From positions 32,001 through 96,000 of the forward strand of contig CAVWUU010000004.1 of the NCBI GenBank assembly GCA_963758295.1: a DNA stretch of 64,000 nucleotides, read 5' to 3'. The notes beneath the pieces are model-generated. The model saw nothing but the letters and a program-made list of their open reading frames with translations, had not been told where the DNA came from and did no database searches. Position numbers and translations under genes: made by a program. Shown in pieces: positions 1-10,300 of the stretch. Origin of the DNA: Candidatus Eremiobacteria bacterium (GTDB lineage: Bacteria; Vulcanimicrobiota; Vulcanimicrobiia; Vulcanimicrobiales; Vulcanimicrobiaceae). Each line of letters starts with the position of its first letter. Position 1 is the first letter of the stretch.

Positions 1-813
1 GCCGCGTGCACGAATCGATGCACGCACGTGGTCTTCAAGCACGAGCGTACTCGCGCGGTCGGCCGCCTCTTGCATAGCGGCGTGCGCCAGCATCATCAGA
101 CGACGTGGAACGCCGTCGCCCGCTTCAATGAGCAGCGCTCGCGCTTCAGGCGAAAACAACTGCGTGCCCGGCGCTAAGCCCGCACGCGTTAGGCGATAAT
201 CGAGCACCGCAAGCGACGTTGCTTCATCCAAAGGTTCCAGGCGAATCCAGGCGTCGACGCGGTCGGCCAAATTGCCCTTCTCGTTGATGCCGGCTTCCAG
301 TTCGTCTTGGCCGAATAGCAGAATATTCAATAGCTTGCGCTGCGGAACGTGATAGTTCAACAGGAGGCGCAACGCTTCGAGATTCTCTTCGCTAAGGTTT
401 TGCGCTTCGTCTAAGATCAACACCAGCGTGCGCTTTTCGAGTACGGCGGTTTCGAAGAAGAAGTTCTTCAGCGCGTTCTTGAGCGCGGCGCTCGAGCGCG
501 GCGGAAGCGCGAGCCCGAATACGCGGCCGATTGCGATGAGAAATTCGCTCTCGGTCGCAAAGGTCGGATCGAGAATCTTCCCGAGAACGACGCGATCGTC
601 GGCAAGCAGTTCTTGTTCCAACGCGGTACTGAGACTTGTTTTGCCGGTGCCCGGCGCGCCGAGAACGACCGTGAGGCCACGAGACGCGTCGACCGAATCC
701 GAAAGGCGTTCTTTCGCCTTTTTCAACGCGCCCAGTTCGCAATAAAAATAAGGATCGGCGGTATCTAGAAACGGGTCACGTTCCAGGCCGAAAAAACCGT
801 AAAACCTTGACAT
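1..813 (-). CDS. ExeA/GspA-family AAA ATPase (runs off window edge)
   Basis: Not in ORF track; read manually from ATG 813: MSRFYGFFGLERDPFLDTADPYFY...GLTVVLGAPGTGKTS (Walker A), LVLILDEAQNL (Walker B), LLFGQDEL, all typical of ExeA. Confidence 0.85.
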   Translation of the reverse strand, partial: MSRFYGFFGLERDPFLDTADPYFYCELGALKKAKERLSDSVDASRGLTVVLGAPGTGKTSLSTALEQELLADDRVVLGKILDPTFATESEFLIAIGRVFGLALPPRSSAALKNALKNFFFETAVLEKRTLVLILDEAQNLSEENLEALRLLLNYHVPQRKLLNILLFGQDELEAGINEKGNLADRVDAWIRLEPLDEATSLAVLDYRLTRAGLAPGTQLFSPEARALLIEAGDGVPRRLMMLAHAAMQEAADRASTLVLEDHVRASIRARG

Positions 814-850
814 TGGCTGGGACGCTACTTTAGACCACGGCAGCCAAAGC

Positions 851-1684
851 TCATTGTGCGGCCCGCTGCGTAATCGCGTCCATCAGGCGTTCGACTTCCG
901 CGAGCGGGAACGGAACGCCGATCGCGCGTCCTTCGACCGGTGCGTGAAAGTCAGTACCGCCGGTAATAAGCAGCCCTCGCTCGCGTGCTTTACGGGTGAG
1001 CGCTTCGACCATTTCCGGCGTAGCGGTTGGATGGACGACTTCGATCCCGTCGGCGCCCAGCTCCAAAAGCTCGTCTAAAGCCTCCGCGGTCCGCAAACGA
1101 GCCGGGTGTGCGACCACGGCGACCCCGCCCGACCGATGGATCAAGTCGATGATCTGTTCCGACGTGAGCCGGACGAGTGCCACGTAGGCGTCGCCCTCGT
1201 CGGCCAGGTAGCGGTCGAACGCCTCTTGGACTGTTGCCACGATGCCCTTTACCATCAGGGCCCGAGCCAGGTGCGGCCGTCCCAAGCTCACCGCGCCCGC
1301 CGCTTGGCGTTCGACGTCGGCGAGGGTAACTGCGGCGCCCCGAGCTTGCATAGCCTCAACCATCGCCGCCATGCGCCCTTTGCGTGCTGCCCGTTGTTCG
1401 TTTAGGGCGCTGAGCAAAGGCGACAAAGCGCTTGTTATGCCGTAGGCTAGCAGATGAACCGTGTGCCCGGCATGGTGTGAATCAACCTCTAGCGCCGGAA
1501 TGCACCGTACGGGAGGCGGCGCGTCTAGCGGGTAAGCATCGGTGCCGTCGTGATCGGAAATCGAGAAGAAATCGAGCTTTCGGTCGCTTATTTCCGATAG
1601 CAAACGTTCCTTGCTCCAAATGCCGTCGGAGAAGGTCGTGTGCATGTGTAAATCAACGAGAACCGTTCCGCTCGACATGCGCAT
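851..1684 (-). CDS. PHP-domain phosphoesterase (TrpH/YciV-like, candidate pAp 3'-phosphatase)
   Basis: DLHMHTTFSDG, SDHD, HLLAY, GRPHLA, AHP, TGGTDFH motifs. Confidence 0.9.
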   Translation of the reverse strand: MRMSSGTVLVDLHMHTTFSDGIWSKERLLSEISDRKLDFFSISDHDGTDAYPLDAPPPVRCIPALEVDSHHAGHTVHLLAYGITSALSPLLSALNEQRAARKGRMAAMVEAMQARGAAVTLADVERQAAGAVSLGRPHLARALMVKGIVATVQEAFDRYLADEGDAYVALVRLTSEQIIDLIHRSGGVAVVAHPARLRTAEALDELLELGADGIEVVHPTATPEMVEALTRKARERGLLITGGTDFHAPVEGRAIGVPFPLAEVERLMDAITQRAAQ

Positions 1685-1735
1685 AGAAGACCTGATTCCT
1701 AAGCTATCGGCGCGCCTTGCCGATTCATTAAACGC

Positions 1736-2545
1736 ATGTCATCCTCGCCGTTCTCCTATTTGGACGAGCTGGAAGCCCGCACGATCTTTATTCTGCGGGA
1801 AGCCTTTTCGTGCGTGACGCCGCTCGCAATGCTTTGGTCGATCGGCAAAGATTCCACGGCGTTGCTGTGGATGGTACGCAAGGCTTTTCTCGGCGAAGTG
1901 CCGTTCCCGGTCGTTCTTCTGGATACCGGAATGGAATTCGACGAAGTATACGCATTCCGCGATCGTCTCGTTCGTGAGTGGCAGCTGCCCGTCGCGAACG
2001 AGCTCTGTCCACCCGAACATACCGTCGATCAGACTTTGCCGCCCGCTTCGCGGCACGCCGCACGCAAAACGGCCGGCTTGCGATCGCTGCTCGCCCGGGA
2101 AAACTATCGCGGCATCATCCTCGGCATTCGTCGGGACGAACAAGCGATTCGCGCGAAAGAGCGGATCTTCAGTCCACGCAATGCCGACGGGTCATGGGAT
2201 CCGCGCTCGCAGCCGCCGGAGCTTTGGGACTACTATCCCTACGATATTCCCGACGGTGCGCACGTGCGCATTCATCCGCTGCTGCATTGGACGGAACTCG
2301 ATATTTGGCGCTACACGCTGCGCGAAAACATTCCATACGTGCCGTTGTATCTCGCTCAAAACGGGAAGCGTTACCGGTCGCTCGGTGAAAGCAACATCAC
2401 GTTCCCTATCGACAGCGCAGCCGACACCGTCGAGAAAATCATCGCCGAGTTAGAAGTAACACGGCAGCCCGAACGCGCCGGACGCGCGATGGACAGCGAA
2501 AGCGAGGACGCCTTCGAGCGTTTGCGTACGTCGGGGTACATGTGA
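1736..2545 (+). CDS. cysD: Sulfate adenylyltransferase subunit 2
   Basis: WSIGKDS PP-loop, GIRRDE...RAKERIFSPR, YRSLG. Confidence 0.95.
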   Translation: MSSSPFSYLDELEARTIFILREAFSCVTPLAMLWSIGKDSTALLWMVRKAFLGEVPFPVVLLDTGMEFDEVYAFRDRLVREWQLPVANELCPPEHTVDQTLPPASRHAARKTAGLRSLLARENYRGIILGIRRDEQAIRAKERIFSPRNADGSWDPRSQPPELWDYYPYDIPDGAHVRIHPLLHWTELDIWRYTLRENIPYVPLYLAQNGKRYRSLGESNITFPIDSAADTVEKIIAELEVTRQPERAGRAMDSESEDAFERLRTSGYM

Positions 2546-4389
2546 AACAACTTCGCATCGTTATGGTCGGCGACGTCGATGCCGGCAAATCCACTATTCT
2601 CGGCCGCCTGCTGGTGGATCTCGAACAAGTCACGCCGGAGAAACTTGCGGAACTGGAATCTTCGAGTTCGAAGCGCGGCGTTCCGATCGAGTACTCGTTC
2701 TTGCTGGATGCTTTTCAGTTGGAACGCGACCAAGCCATCACGCTCGACGTTTCGCGCGTTTGGGTTCGTACTGCGGACGCTGATTTCGTCTTCGTCGATG
2801 CGCCGGGTCATCGGGAGCTCATTCGCAATCTGCTAAGTGGAGCGTCCGAAGTGGACGCGCCGGTTATGGTTGTTGCGGCGGACGAAGGCATCACCTTGCA
2901 AACGCGCCGCCAGGCGCTCTTTCTGCAGTGGCTCGGTTTCCGTGACATCCTCGTAACGATTAATAAGCTCGATCTTGCAGAGAATCCGAAAGCCCAGTTC
3001 GAACGCCGGGCAACGGAAATTCGTGAATTTCTCGCGCAGCTAGACATCGCTCCCTATGAAATCGTGCCGGTTGCCGCTCGCAACGGCGATAACATCGTTC
3101 ACCGTGGCAAGTTGACGGAGTGGTGGAAGGGCCCGACGCTAGTCGAAGCGCTTTCGCGCCTCGATCGCCGGGAGTTCAGCAGCGACGGACCATTGCGTTT
3201 CGTCGTGCAAGACGTGTACCGCCGCGAAAATACGCGCCTCGTGGTTGGCCGCATCGAAAGCGGATCGCTTAGCCGCGGCGAGCACATCACGTTTTGGCCG
3301 CTTCAAACCGGCGCCCGCGTGCAGCGCATCGTGCAGTGGCCCGAGGAAGCAGAAACCGCTTCGTGCGGATCCGCCGTCGCAATTGAATTGGATGCCCGTG
3401 TCTTCGTCGACCGCGGCGCGGTTGCAAGTCGCGCGAGCGATGCGCCGGAGCTCGGCCATGTCGTCCAAACGCGTATCGTCTGGCTAGGCGCCGACCCCAT
3501 TTGCGCGGGCGAAACGCTACGTCTACGTCTGGGCACGCGTGAAATTCCCGTTACGCTTCAACGCATTGACGAAGTCATCGATCCCGACACCGTCGAGCCG
3601 CGGCCCGGAGATACCCTTTCGAGCGGCGACGTCGCGGTCGTAACGCTAGTGTCCCGCGAATTGATCGCGGCCGACGTTAATCTCGAAGGTTCGAGCGTCG
3701 CGCGGTTCGTGCTCGCTCGTAACGGCGCAATTGTTGCCGGCGGCAAGATCGATGCGGTAGTCGGGCGCGCTCGCGGTGAAGGCGCCACGAACGTCGTAGC
3801 CATGACGTCTTCCGTCGATAGCGAGGAGCGCGGCCGTCGCAACGGCCACAGCGGCGGAGTGTTTTGGCTGACCGGTTTGCCGAGCGCCGGAAAATCGACG
3901 CTCGCCATGGCGACGCAGCGCATGCTGTTCGAACGCGGCCGACACGTGTACGTGCTCGACGGCGATACGCTGCGTACGACCCTGAACGTGGACCTTGGCT
4001 TCTCCGACGAAGATCGGGCGGAGAACGTTCGCCGCACGGCCGCCGTTGCAGGCGTCTTCGCGGATGCGGGCTTCATCGTGATTTGCGCGCTGATCTCCCC
4101 GTTCGCTGCGGATCGCGAACTTGCGCGCGCCGCCTATCCGAACGGCTTCTTCGAAATCTACGTGGAGTGCGATCTTGCGACGGCCGAGCGGCGTGACGTA
4201 AAGGGCCACTATCAGCGCGCTCGCCGCGGAGAACTCGCGCACTTCACCGGCATCTCGTCGCCGTACGAAGTGCCCGGAACGCCGGAACTGCGCGTTAACA
4301 CGGCTTCGTCGAGCATCGAGGAATCGGCTGCGCATCTCCTCGAGTTTATCGAGGACCGCGTGATGGAACGGCAAGCCGTTCTGCGGTGA
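2542..4389 (+). CDS. cysNC: Bifunctional sulfate adenylyltransferase subunit 1 / APS kinase
   Basis: GDVDAGKST, DAPGH, NKLD GTPase motifs; C-terminal WLTGLPSAGKST, LDGD, FTGISSPYE APS kinase; GTGA overlap with cysD. Confidence 0.93.
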   Translation: MKQLRIVMVGDVDAGKSTILGRLLVDLEQVTPEKLAELESSSSKRGVPIEYSFLLDAFQLERDQAITLDVSRVWVRTADADFVFVDAPGHRELIRNLLSGASEVDAPVMVVAADEGITLQTRRQALFLQWLGFRDILVTINKLDLAENPKAQFERRATEIREFLAQLDIAPYEIVPVAARNGDNIVHRGKLTEWWKGPTLVEALSRLDRREFSSDGPLRFVVQDVYRRENTRLVVGRIESGSLSRGEHITFWPLQTGARVQRIVQWPEEAETASCGSAVAIELDARVFVDRGAVASRASDAPELGHVVQTRIVWLGADPICAGETLRLRLGTREIPVTLQRIDEVIDPDTVEPRPGDTLSSGDVAVVTLVSRELIAADVNLEGSSVARFVLARNGAIVAGGKIDAVVGRARGEGATNVVAMTSSVDSEERGRRNGHSGGVFWLTGLPSAGKSTLAMATQRMLFERGRHVYVLDGDTLRTTLNVDLGFSDEDRAENVRRTAAVAGVFADAGFIVICALISPFAADRELARAAYPNGFFEIYVECDLATAERRDVKGHYQRARRGELAHFTGISSPYEVPGTPELRVNTASSSIEESAAHLLEFIEDRVMERQAVLR

Positions 4390-5145
4390 AAATCGCGCTT
4401 ATCGGGTTCGTCGTCGGAGTATGCATCTCGTACTCCGGCGTCGGCGCCGGTTCTTTAACCACGCCGCTCATCATGTTGCTGCTCGGCTACAATGCGAGCA
4501 CGGCAATCGGCTCCGACCTGCTCTTCAGCCTCGGCACGAAGATCGTCGCGTTTCTAACGCACGTTCGCGCGCGTACGATCGACTATAGCGCCCTGCTTTG
4601 GCTGTCGCTCGGCGGCGTTCCAGGCGCCGTTCTCGGCGTCGTAATTACGGGTTGGCTGCACGCGCATCTCTCACTGGATGCCGTGGATCACGCGTTGCGC
4701 GTCGCGCTCGGTATCGCGCTGGTCGTTTCGGCCGGCGCCGTCGCGTTCACGCATACGCTTTCGCCCGGCGAACCGGCCGATTCGCGCGCGCTTCCGCGCA
4801 TGCCGCTCGCGACAATCGGGTTTATTGTTGGGACGCTCGTAAGCATCACTTCGATCGGCAGCGGCTCCTTGACGCTCCCGCTGCTTCTCCTCATGCTTTC
4901 CACGGCGCAGCTGCGGCGGCTTGTCGGCACGGACGTGGCCTTTGCCGTGGTGTTGCTCGTGCCGGCGATTCTGGGGCATTGGAAACTCGGCGACGTCAAC
5001 GTTCACTTGGCGACGCTGCTTCTTGCCGGATCCATTCCGGGCGTCCTCATCGGAACGCCGCTTGCCCGGCGTTTGCCCGAACGTGCATTCCGCATAGGTT
5101 TGGCGATAATTCTTTGCACCGTCGGTGCAAAAAATGGCGTTTTAA
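4386..5145 (+). CDS. TauE/SafE-family sulfite exporter
   Basis: GVGAGSLTTP, AIGSDL, SIGSGS, LVGTD repeats, about 8 TM. Removing one A from the run at about 5129-5134 gives ...GAKMAF-stop at 5143-5145, overlapping the convergent gene's stop, so the 5429 ORF end is likely an artefact. Confidence 0.85.
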
Positions 5146-6014
5146 CGTCCGCGTTTGCGCGCCGTAATAGCGAAGCTCGTTGCCCGCGTCAATTGCGGGG
5201 GCAGCGCGTTCGCGGCGGCGGCGGCTTGTATGGTTCTTGCGCTAGCACGAAGTGCTTCGGCGCTCGACGCGTCGAACCAGCGGTACGAAGCAAGATCGAC
5301 GTCCAGATCGAGTCTCGCAATCGTTATATCGCAATTCAGGGCTTGAATGACGGAAGCCACTTGCGGCAATGTAACATAGTTAAATTCGCCGATGCCGCCG
5401 CTAGGCCGGCCGAAAAGTTCAAGCCATAGTTCGGCAACGGGCCGCGACGCAAAAGGGGGCCACGGCATCTCGTAATGCGCTTCAAAAGGACCGCGATAAT
5501 CGGGTGCCCATAGGACGATAGCGCCGCCCGGTTTGGTTACGCGTACCAATTCGTAGAGGACCGACGCCACATCCGACACGTGTTCGATAAACTGGTGGCC
5601 CATCACGATATCAAACGTATTGCTTTCGAATTCCAGAGCCGACGCGTCGCCCTGGCGAATGTGCTGCTGCCATTCGCCGGGATATCCGTACACGGCCGTT
5701 TTCGCATGCGCTACAGCAAGCCTCCGCTCGCTATTGTCGATGCCGTAGGCATCATACCCGCGCTCGAGCATGGAGTAGAGAAACGTGGCAGTGCCGCAAC
5801 CGACTTCGAGAAATCGCAGCGGTAACGAAGGAAGAGCCATTCCGATCGCCGCTTCCAATTCGTTAAAAAGCCTATCGTGCGCGCCTCGGTCCGCAAGGAT
5901 ATGGCGAGCCCTGACAAGCGCAGCTTCGGCAAAGCCGAATTTCGCGTTGTCTTCGTCGATGAGCGCCTCAACGGCGCGCTCCAAGGTCGCTTTAGCTTCT
6001 TTCTCCTCCGGCAT
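5142..6014 (-). CDS. Class I SAM-dependent methyltransferase
   Basis: FLEVGCGTA, GID, GDASALEFESNTFD, RVTKPGG; start at ATG 6014 inferred. Confidence 0.85.
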   Translation of the reverse strand: MPEEKEAKATLERAVEALIDEDNAKFGFAEAALVRARHILADRGAHDRLFNELEAAIGMALPSLPLRFLEVGCGTATFLYSMLERGYDAYGIDNSERRLAVAHAKTAVYGYPGEWQQHIRQGDASALEFESNTFDIVMGHQFIEHVSDVASVLYELVRVTKPGGAIVLWAPDYRGPFEAHYEMPWPPFASRPVAELWLELFGRPSGGIGEFNYVTLPQVASVIQALNCDITIARLDLDVDLASYRWFDASSAEALRASARTIQAAAAANALPPQLTRATSFAITARKRGR

Positions 6015-6090
6015 GCGGGGGAGTTCCGGTGCTCGCCGCCGGGCCCTTCCACGGCTGAAGAGCACCCGGATTTTAACCGATAACTCGTTA

Positions 6091-7056
6091 GTGAATAGGC
6101 CGCAAATTATCGTTGTTTTGGGGATGCATCGCTCCGGCACATCGGTTACGACGAATCTTCTCAATGCGTTCGGTGTTCCGTTGAGCGACGACCTCATGGA
6201 GGCCACTCAAGACAACGCGAAGGGATACTTCGAATCTAGAGAAATTTCGCGAGTACAAGACGCGATCTTGGATTCAATGGGCATGTTGTGGCGGACCAGC
6301 AGCCTAGTCGTCCCGTTTCCGCGAAATTGGTGGCATGCACCCGTGGTTCAACAGCACAAGCGCGAACTGGCCCAAATCGTTCGCCGCGAAATGGATCGGC
6401 ACGGCGGCCTTTGGGGCTTCAAAGATCCTCGAACGGCGCGGCTGCTGCCTGTTTGGATCGAGATCTTTCAGGAGTTCGGAATCGATGCAAAGTACGTCCT
6501 CGTCACACGCCATCCGGTCGATGTGGCGAAGTCGCTATTCGCCCGCGAGCAAATCGATCCGATGCACGCGGAGATCATGTGGTTGGAGCACAATGCCGAC
6601 GCACTGCTCCACTTAAACGGCAACATCCACGCTTTAGTCGACTATCGCGGCTGGATCGAAACGCCGGTCGAACAGGCGCAATACATGATTCGCGAATTGG
6701 GCATTGACGCCAGCTATTCGCAAGATGAGTTGCAGTCGATCGTAAAAAGCGTCGTTTCGTCCGACCTGCGCCATCACTTGACCGCGCAGAATACGTACCA
6801 GCTGCCGTTTACCCACCCCATGTACGAAGCGCTGTTGCGGCGTGACAAAACCAATGCCAAGAGCCTAGCCGAAGTTTTCAACATTTCGCGCGGTTTTACG
6901 CAGGTTATCCTGGCGCAGGCCAAGCGCTCCGCCGAAGCGCAAACGCAACAACTTCACGCTATGCTTCAAGCTTCTCACGGAAAAGTTGCAGAGCTGGAAG
7001 CAAAGCTCGCCGCTGCTTCCTTTAGATCCGGGACCGCCGTTGCCAATGACGCCTGA
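6091..7056 (+). CDS. Sulfotransferase-family protein
   Basis: VVLGMHRSGTS PAPS-binding loop, NAKGYFE, WGFKDPR, RHPVDVAKSL; GTG 6091 start. Confidence 0.88.
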   Translation: MNRPQIIVVLGMHRSGTSVTTNLLNAFGVPLSDDLMEATQDNAKGYFESREISRVQDAILDSMGMLWRTSSLVVPFPRNWWHAPVVQQHKRELAQIVRREMDRHGGLWGFKDPRTARLLPVWIEIFQEFGIDAKYVLVTRHPVDVAKSLFAREQIDPMHAEIMWLEHNADALLHLNGNIHALVDYRGWIETPVEQAQYMIRELGIDASYSQDELQSIVKSVVSSDLRHHLTAQNTYQLPFTHPMYEALLRRDKTNAKSLAEVFNISRGFTQVILAQAKRSAEAQTQQLHAMLQASHGKVAELEAKLAAASFRSGTAVANDA

Positions 7057-8647
7057 AGATTTGCGCCGTGCCCTGCAAGATTGCGCAGATGTCGATGAAT
7101 CGATGGTTGCGGCGCAGTTAAGCGACGGCGCTGCGGATGTGCGCACGCTGGCGCAAGCTGCAATCGCGCGTACGAAGATCCGTCAGGCTTTGGAGAGCTG
7201 CGCACGTTTGGCCGAACTGCAAGGGTACTCGGATCAAGCAACGCTCGGCGCCGTCGAGCGCCTCGCGCAAATATCGGACGTTGACGTGCCGTATCTCGCC
7301 ACGCTAAAGGGCCTGGGGCTCCAAGCTGCTAAGGCCGGCCAGGTCGACCGCGCAATGGATTTGTTGCAAGGAACGGTTTCACGGGCAATTGCCGCCGGGC
7401 AGCGTCGCGATTCGAAATCGCGCCAGGCGATGCGTTTCACCTACGACCCCGAGATCGGTGGGGCGATTCAGTTGCTTGCGCGGCAGTTCAGCGGACCAAA
7501 CACCGAGCCAAAAGCACGAAGCCCGTTGCGGCTCGTCGTCGTTTCGTCGGGATTGCAAGATGAAGATGCGCCGAGCATCGTGACGCTAAAAAGAAGTGTG
7601 GCATTTCGTCAAGCCGGTTTCGAAATCGAAATCGTCTCTACCGAGCTCGGGAACAGCAACGGAACCGCCATGCTTAGCAAGGCTTTGGCGGTGGGAATTC
7701 CGTTCACACCCATCCCGCCCGGAACATGGCGCCAGCGCGTCGCATGGACGACGAATTTCTTTGCCGCCAACGCCGCGGATGCGGTGATGTACGAAGCTTC
7801 GGGGATGGACCTCTTCGCGCAACTCTTGGCCGCCATACGCATGGCGCCCGTGCAGGTGTGGGGCAACAAGGGCTTTGAACCGCAGGCGGGAGCCTACGAG
7901 ATCGTCGCTCAGAATCTAAGCCCGAACCAAGAGCGCGAAACGCGTTGGCCCGGCGTTTCGAAATTCTATGGCGCCGCCATTGCGTTGGCGGACGAAATCG
8001 ACGCGGCGGTTCCGTTCGAGCGGGCCGAACTCAATCTGCCCTCCGACGCGATCGTGCTCGGAACGTTCGGCCGGACGGAGAAATGTATTTCCGACACGTA
8101 CATCCAGGCTCTTTCGGAAATCTTACGTAGCGATCCGCGAACGCAGCTGCTCCTGGCGGGGCCGGACAATCTCAAACAGATCGAGCTTATCCTCGAGCGC
8201 TTTAACGCAGCAGGTGTAAGAGACCGCGTCCATTATCTCGGTCGCCGCCAAAGCGATGCAGCGCGCTTGGTAAAAACGCTGGATATCTACTGTGACACCC
8301 ACCCGTGGCCCGGCGGACAGAGCCTCCAGGACGCGATGCAGGCCGGTGTGCCGATCGTAGCAATGCGAAAACCTTCGGGATCCACTTTGGATGCGAACGG
8401 CGTATCGGTTAGCGAAGTGGCCGATGTGCTGCTCGGCGGCCTTGTCGAACTCGCGGATTCCGGCGACGTTGCATCTTACGTTCGCATAGCGCTTGCATTA
8501 GCGGCGGACGGCGAATTGCGCCGGCACGTTGGAGCACGGGTTCGGGAAAAGGCCGTGACGCAATGCAGTCTCCGCGTTTCGACCGATAAGCTTGCGGCCG
8601 ACATGATGGAGCTGATCGAGCGACGTCGCCCCGCGTTGAATGTCTAG
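7046..8647 (+). CDS. GT-B glycosyltransferase, GT41 (OGT/HMW1C)-like C-terminal domain, helical N-terminus
   Basis: RMAPVQV, FGRTEK, LDIYCDTHPWPGGQSLQDAMQAGVPIV resemble GT41 motifs RxAPVQ and DxxLDTxPxxGxxxxxEALxxGVPV. Confidence 0.7.
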   Translation: MTPEDLRRALQDCADVDESMVAAQLSDGAADVRTLAQAAIARTKIRQALESCARLAELQGYSDQATLGAVERLAQISDVDVPYLATLKGLGLQAAKAGQVDRAMDLLQGTVSRAIAAGQRRDSKSRQAMRFTYDPEIGGAIQLLARQFSGPNTEPKARSPLRLVVVSSGLQDEDAPSIVTLKRSVAFRQAGFEIEIVSTELGNSNGTAMLSKALAVGIPFTPIPPGTWRQRVAWTTNFFAANAADAVMYEASGMDLFAQLLAAIRMAPVQVWGNKGFEPQAGAYEIVAQNLSPNQERETRWPGVSKFYGAAIALADEIDAAVPFERAELNLPSDAIVLGTFGRTEKCISDTYIQALSEILRSDPRTQLLLAGPDNLKQIELILERFNAAGVRDRVHYLGRRQSDAARLVKTLDIYCDTHPWPGGQSLQDAMQAGVPIVAMRKPSGSTLDANGVSVSEVADVLLGGLVELADSGDVASYVRIALALAADGELRRHVGARVREKAVTQCSLRVSTDKLAADMMELIERRRPALNV

Positions 8648-9158
8648 CTGTTCGATTCGGCCCGTTGCGGAGGCCGACTTCGCTCGATGGTTGACGTGGA
8701 TTAACCGCCCGGACGTCATGGATGGCCTGGACCGCGCCATCCTCGCGACGCCGGACGGACACCGGCAGTATATCGAACGTCACTTCGGTCCTGGCGGTTT
8801 TCCATGCTTTGCAATCGAGGCCGGCGATGGTACCTACGTCGGAAATATTTGGTTATGGGATGTCCATCCGCGTCACCGGCGCGCCGAAGTGCGGCTGTTT
8901 ATCGGCGACGCCCGATATCGCGGGCGCGGAATAGGCCGCGACGCGATCGTCCTACTATGCGAGTACGCGTTCGCCGAAGGCAGTCTTCACAAGCTGTACG
9001 CCTACGTTCACGAAGGCAATGAGTCGTCGAGGCGCGCCTTTGAAGCCGCCGGCTTTTCTGTTGAGGCCACGTTGGTCGAAGAAGCCGTGCGCGACGGCCG
9101 CTTCACGAACGTTTTTCGAATGGCTCGGGTAAGCTCGGACCGCTCCGCCGATAGCTAG
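8640..9158 (+). CDS. GNAT N-acetyltransferase (RimJ/PseH-like)
   Basis: YRGRGIG acetyl-CoA motif, LHKLYAYV, N..S.RAFEAAGF. Confidence 0.88.
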   Translation: MSSCSIRPVAEADFARWLTWINRPDVMDGLDRAILATPDGHRQYIERHFGPGGFPCFAIEAGDGTYVGNIWLWDVHPRHRRAEVRLFIGDARYRGRGIGRDAIVLLCEYAFAEGSLHKLYAYVHEGNESSRRAFEAAGFSVEATLVEEAVRDGRFTNVFRMARVSSDRSADS

Positions 9159-10300
9159 AGGGGCACCGCGGGCCGGGCAACTTCGGCGAGCGCTTCACAG
9201 ACGGTTTCGATCATCGCCTCGCCCATCTGGGGAAAGATCGGCAATCGAGCCAGTCTCCCGCTGAGCGAGTCCGTAAAGGTCATCGCTCCGGAAAGACGCC
9301 CGTATCGGCGCCCGGCCGGCGAAGAATGCAGCGGGATGTAGTGAAACAGCGCGTTGATACCACGCGTGCGAAGCTCTTGTAGTGCGCGATCCCTCGCTTC
9401 GTTATCCGCAAAGAGCACGTAGTAAATATGGCCGTTATGTTCGACGCCCCGCGGAATGATGGGGCGCCGGATTAGACCCGCAGCTTCGAGCGTCTCGAGC
9501 CGCTTGTGATACGCGTTCCACGTCGAGAGACGATCGGATATCAATGCGCCGGCGTGTTCGAGCTGTGCCCAAAGAAATGCGGCGACGATGTCGCTTGGCA
9601 AATACGACGAGCCCGCATCCACCCAGGTGTATTTGTCTACTTGGCCGCGGATGAATTTCGAGCGGTCCGTCCCCTTTTCACGGATGATCTCCGCGCGCTC
9701 GATGTACGTGGGATCGTTGACGAGCAGCGCACCGCCCTCGCCGGATATTAGATTTTTCGTCTCGTGAAAGCTCAGCGCTCCGAGCGCGCCGATTGATCCC
9801 AATTCTCGACCGCCGTATCGGGAACCGACTGCTTGTGCGGCGTCCTCAACGAGCGCAATACCGTAACGGGCCGCGATCTCTTGCAGCACCGACATCTCGC
9901 AGGGGACGCCCGCGTAGTGAACGGCAACGATAGCCTTGGTTCGCGGCGTAATGGCGGCCTCGACGAGCCGCTCGTCGAGATTGAGCGTGTCTTCCCGGAT
10001 GTCGACGAATACCGGCGTAGCACCCCGAAGAACGAACGCGTTCGCCGTGGAGACGAAGGTATACGATGGCATGATAACTTCGTCGCCCGGCCCAATATCC
10101 AGCAACAGCGCCATCATCTCGAGCGCCGCGGTGCACGAATGTGTGAGAAGCGCCGCCGAGGCACCGGTACGCTCCACCAGCCACTTATGAATGCGTTTGG
10201 TAAACGGGCCGTCACCGGAAGTATGCGCTTGTGCCACGGCTTCGGCGATGTATTCGAGTTCCTTGCCCGTAGCATACGGACGGTTAAAGGGTACTTGCAT
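9155..10300 (-). CDS. rffA: dTDP-4-amino-4,6-dideoxygalactose transaminase
   Basis: VPFNRP, SCTAALEM, EDAAQ, SFHETKN, GEGG, GQVDKYTW, SSYLPS (WecE signatures). Confidence 0.92.
   Translation of the reverse strand: MQVPFNRPYATGKELEYIAEAVAQAHTSGDGPFTKRIHKWLVERTGASAALLTHSCTAALEMMALLLDIGPGDEVIMPSYTFVSTANAFVLRGATPVFVDIREDTLNLDERLVEAAITPRTKAIVAVHYAGVPCEMSVLQEIAARYGIALVEDAAQAVGSRYGGRELGSIGALGALSFHETKNLISGEGGALLVNDPTYIERAEIIREKGTDRSKFIRGQVDKYTWVDAGSSYLPSDIVAAFLWAQLEHAGALISDRLSTWNAYHKRLETLEAAGLIRRPIIPRGVEHNGHIYYVLFADNEARDRALQELRTRGINALFHYIPLHSSPAGRRYGRLSGAMTFTDSLSGRLARLPIFPQMGEAMIETVCEALAEVARPAVPL

Noticed and set aside
4386..6206. Long antisense overlaps among TauE, methyltransferase and sulfotransferase ORFs
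   Set aside because: Explained by a homopolymer error near 5130 and over-extended ORF starts
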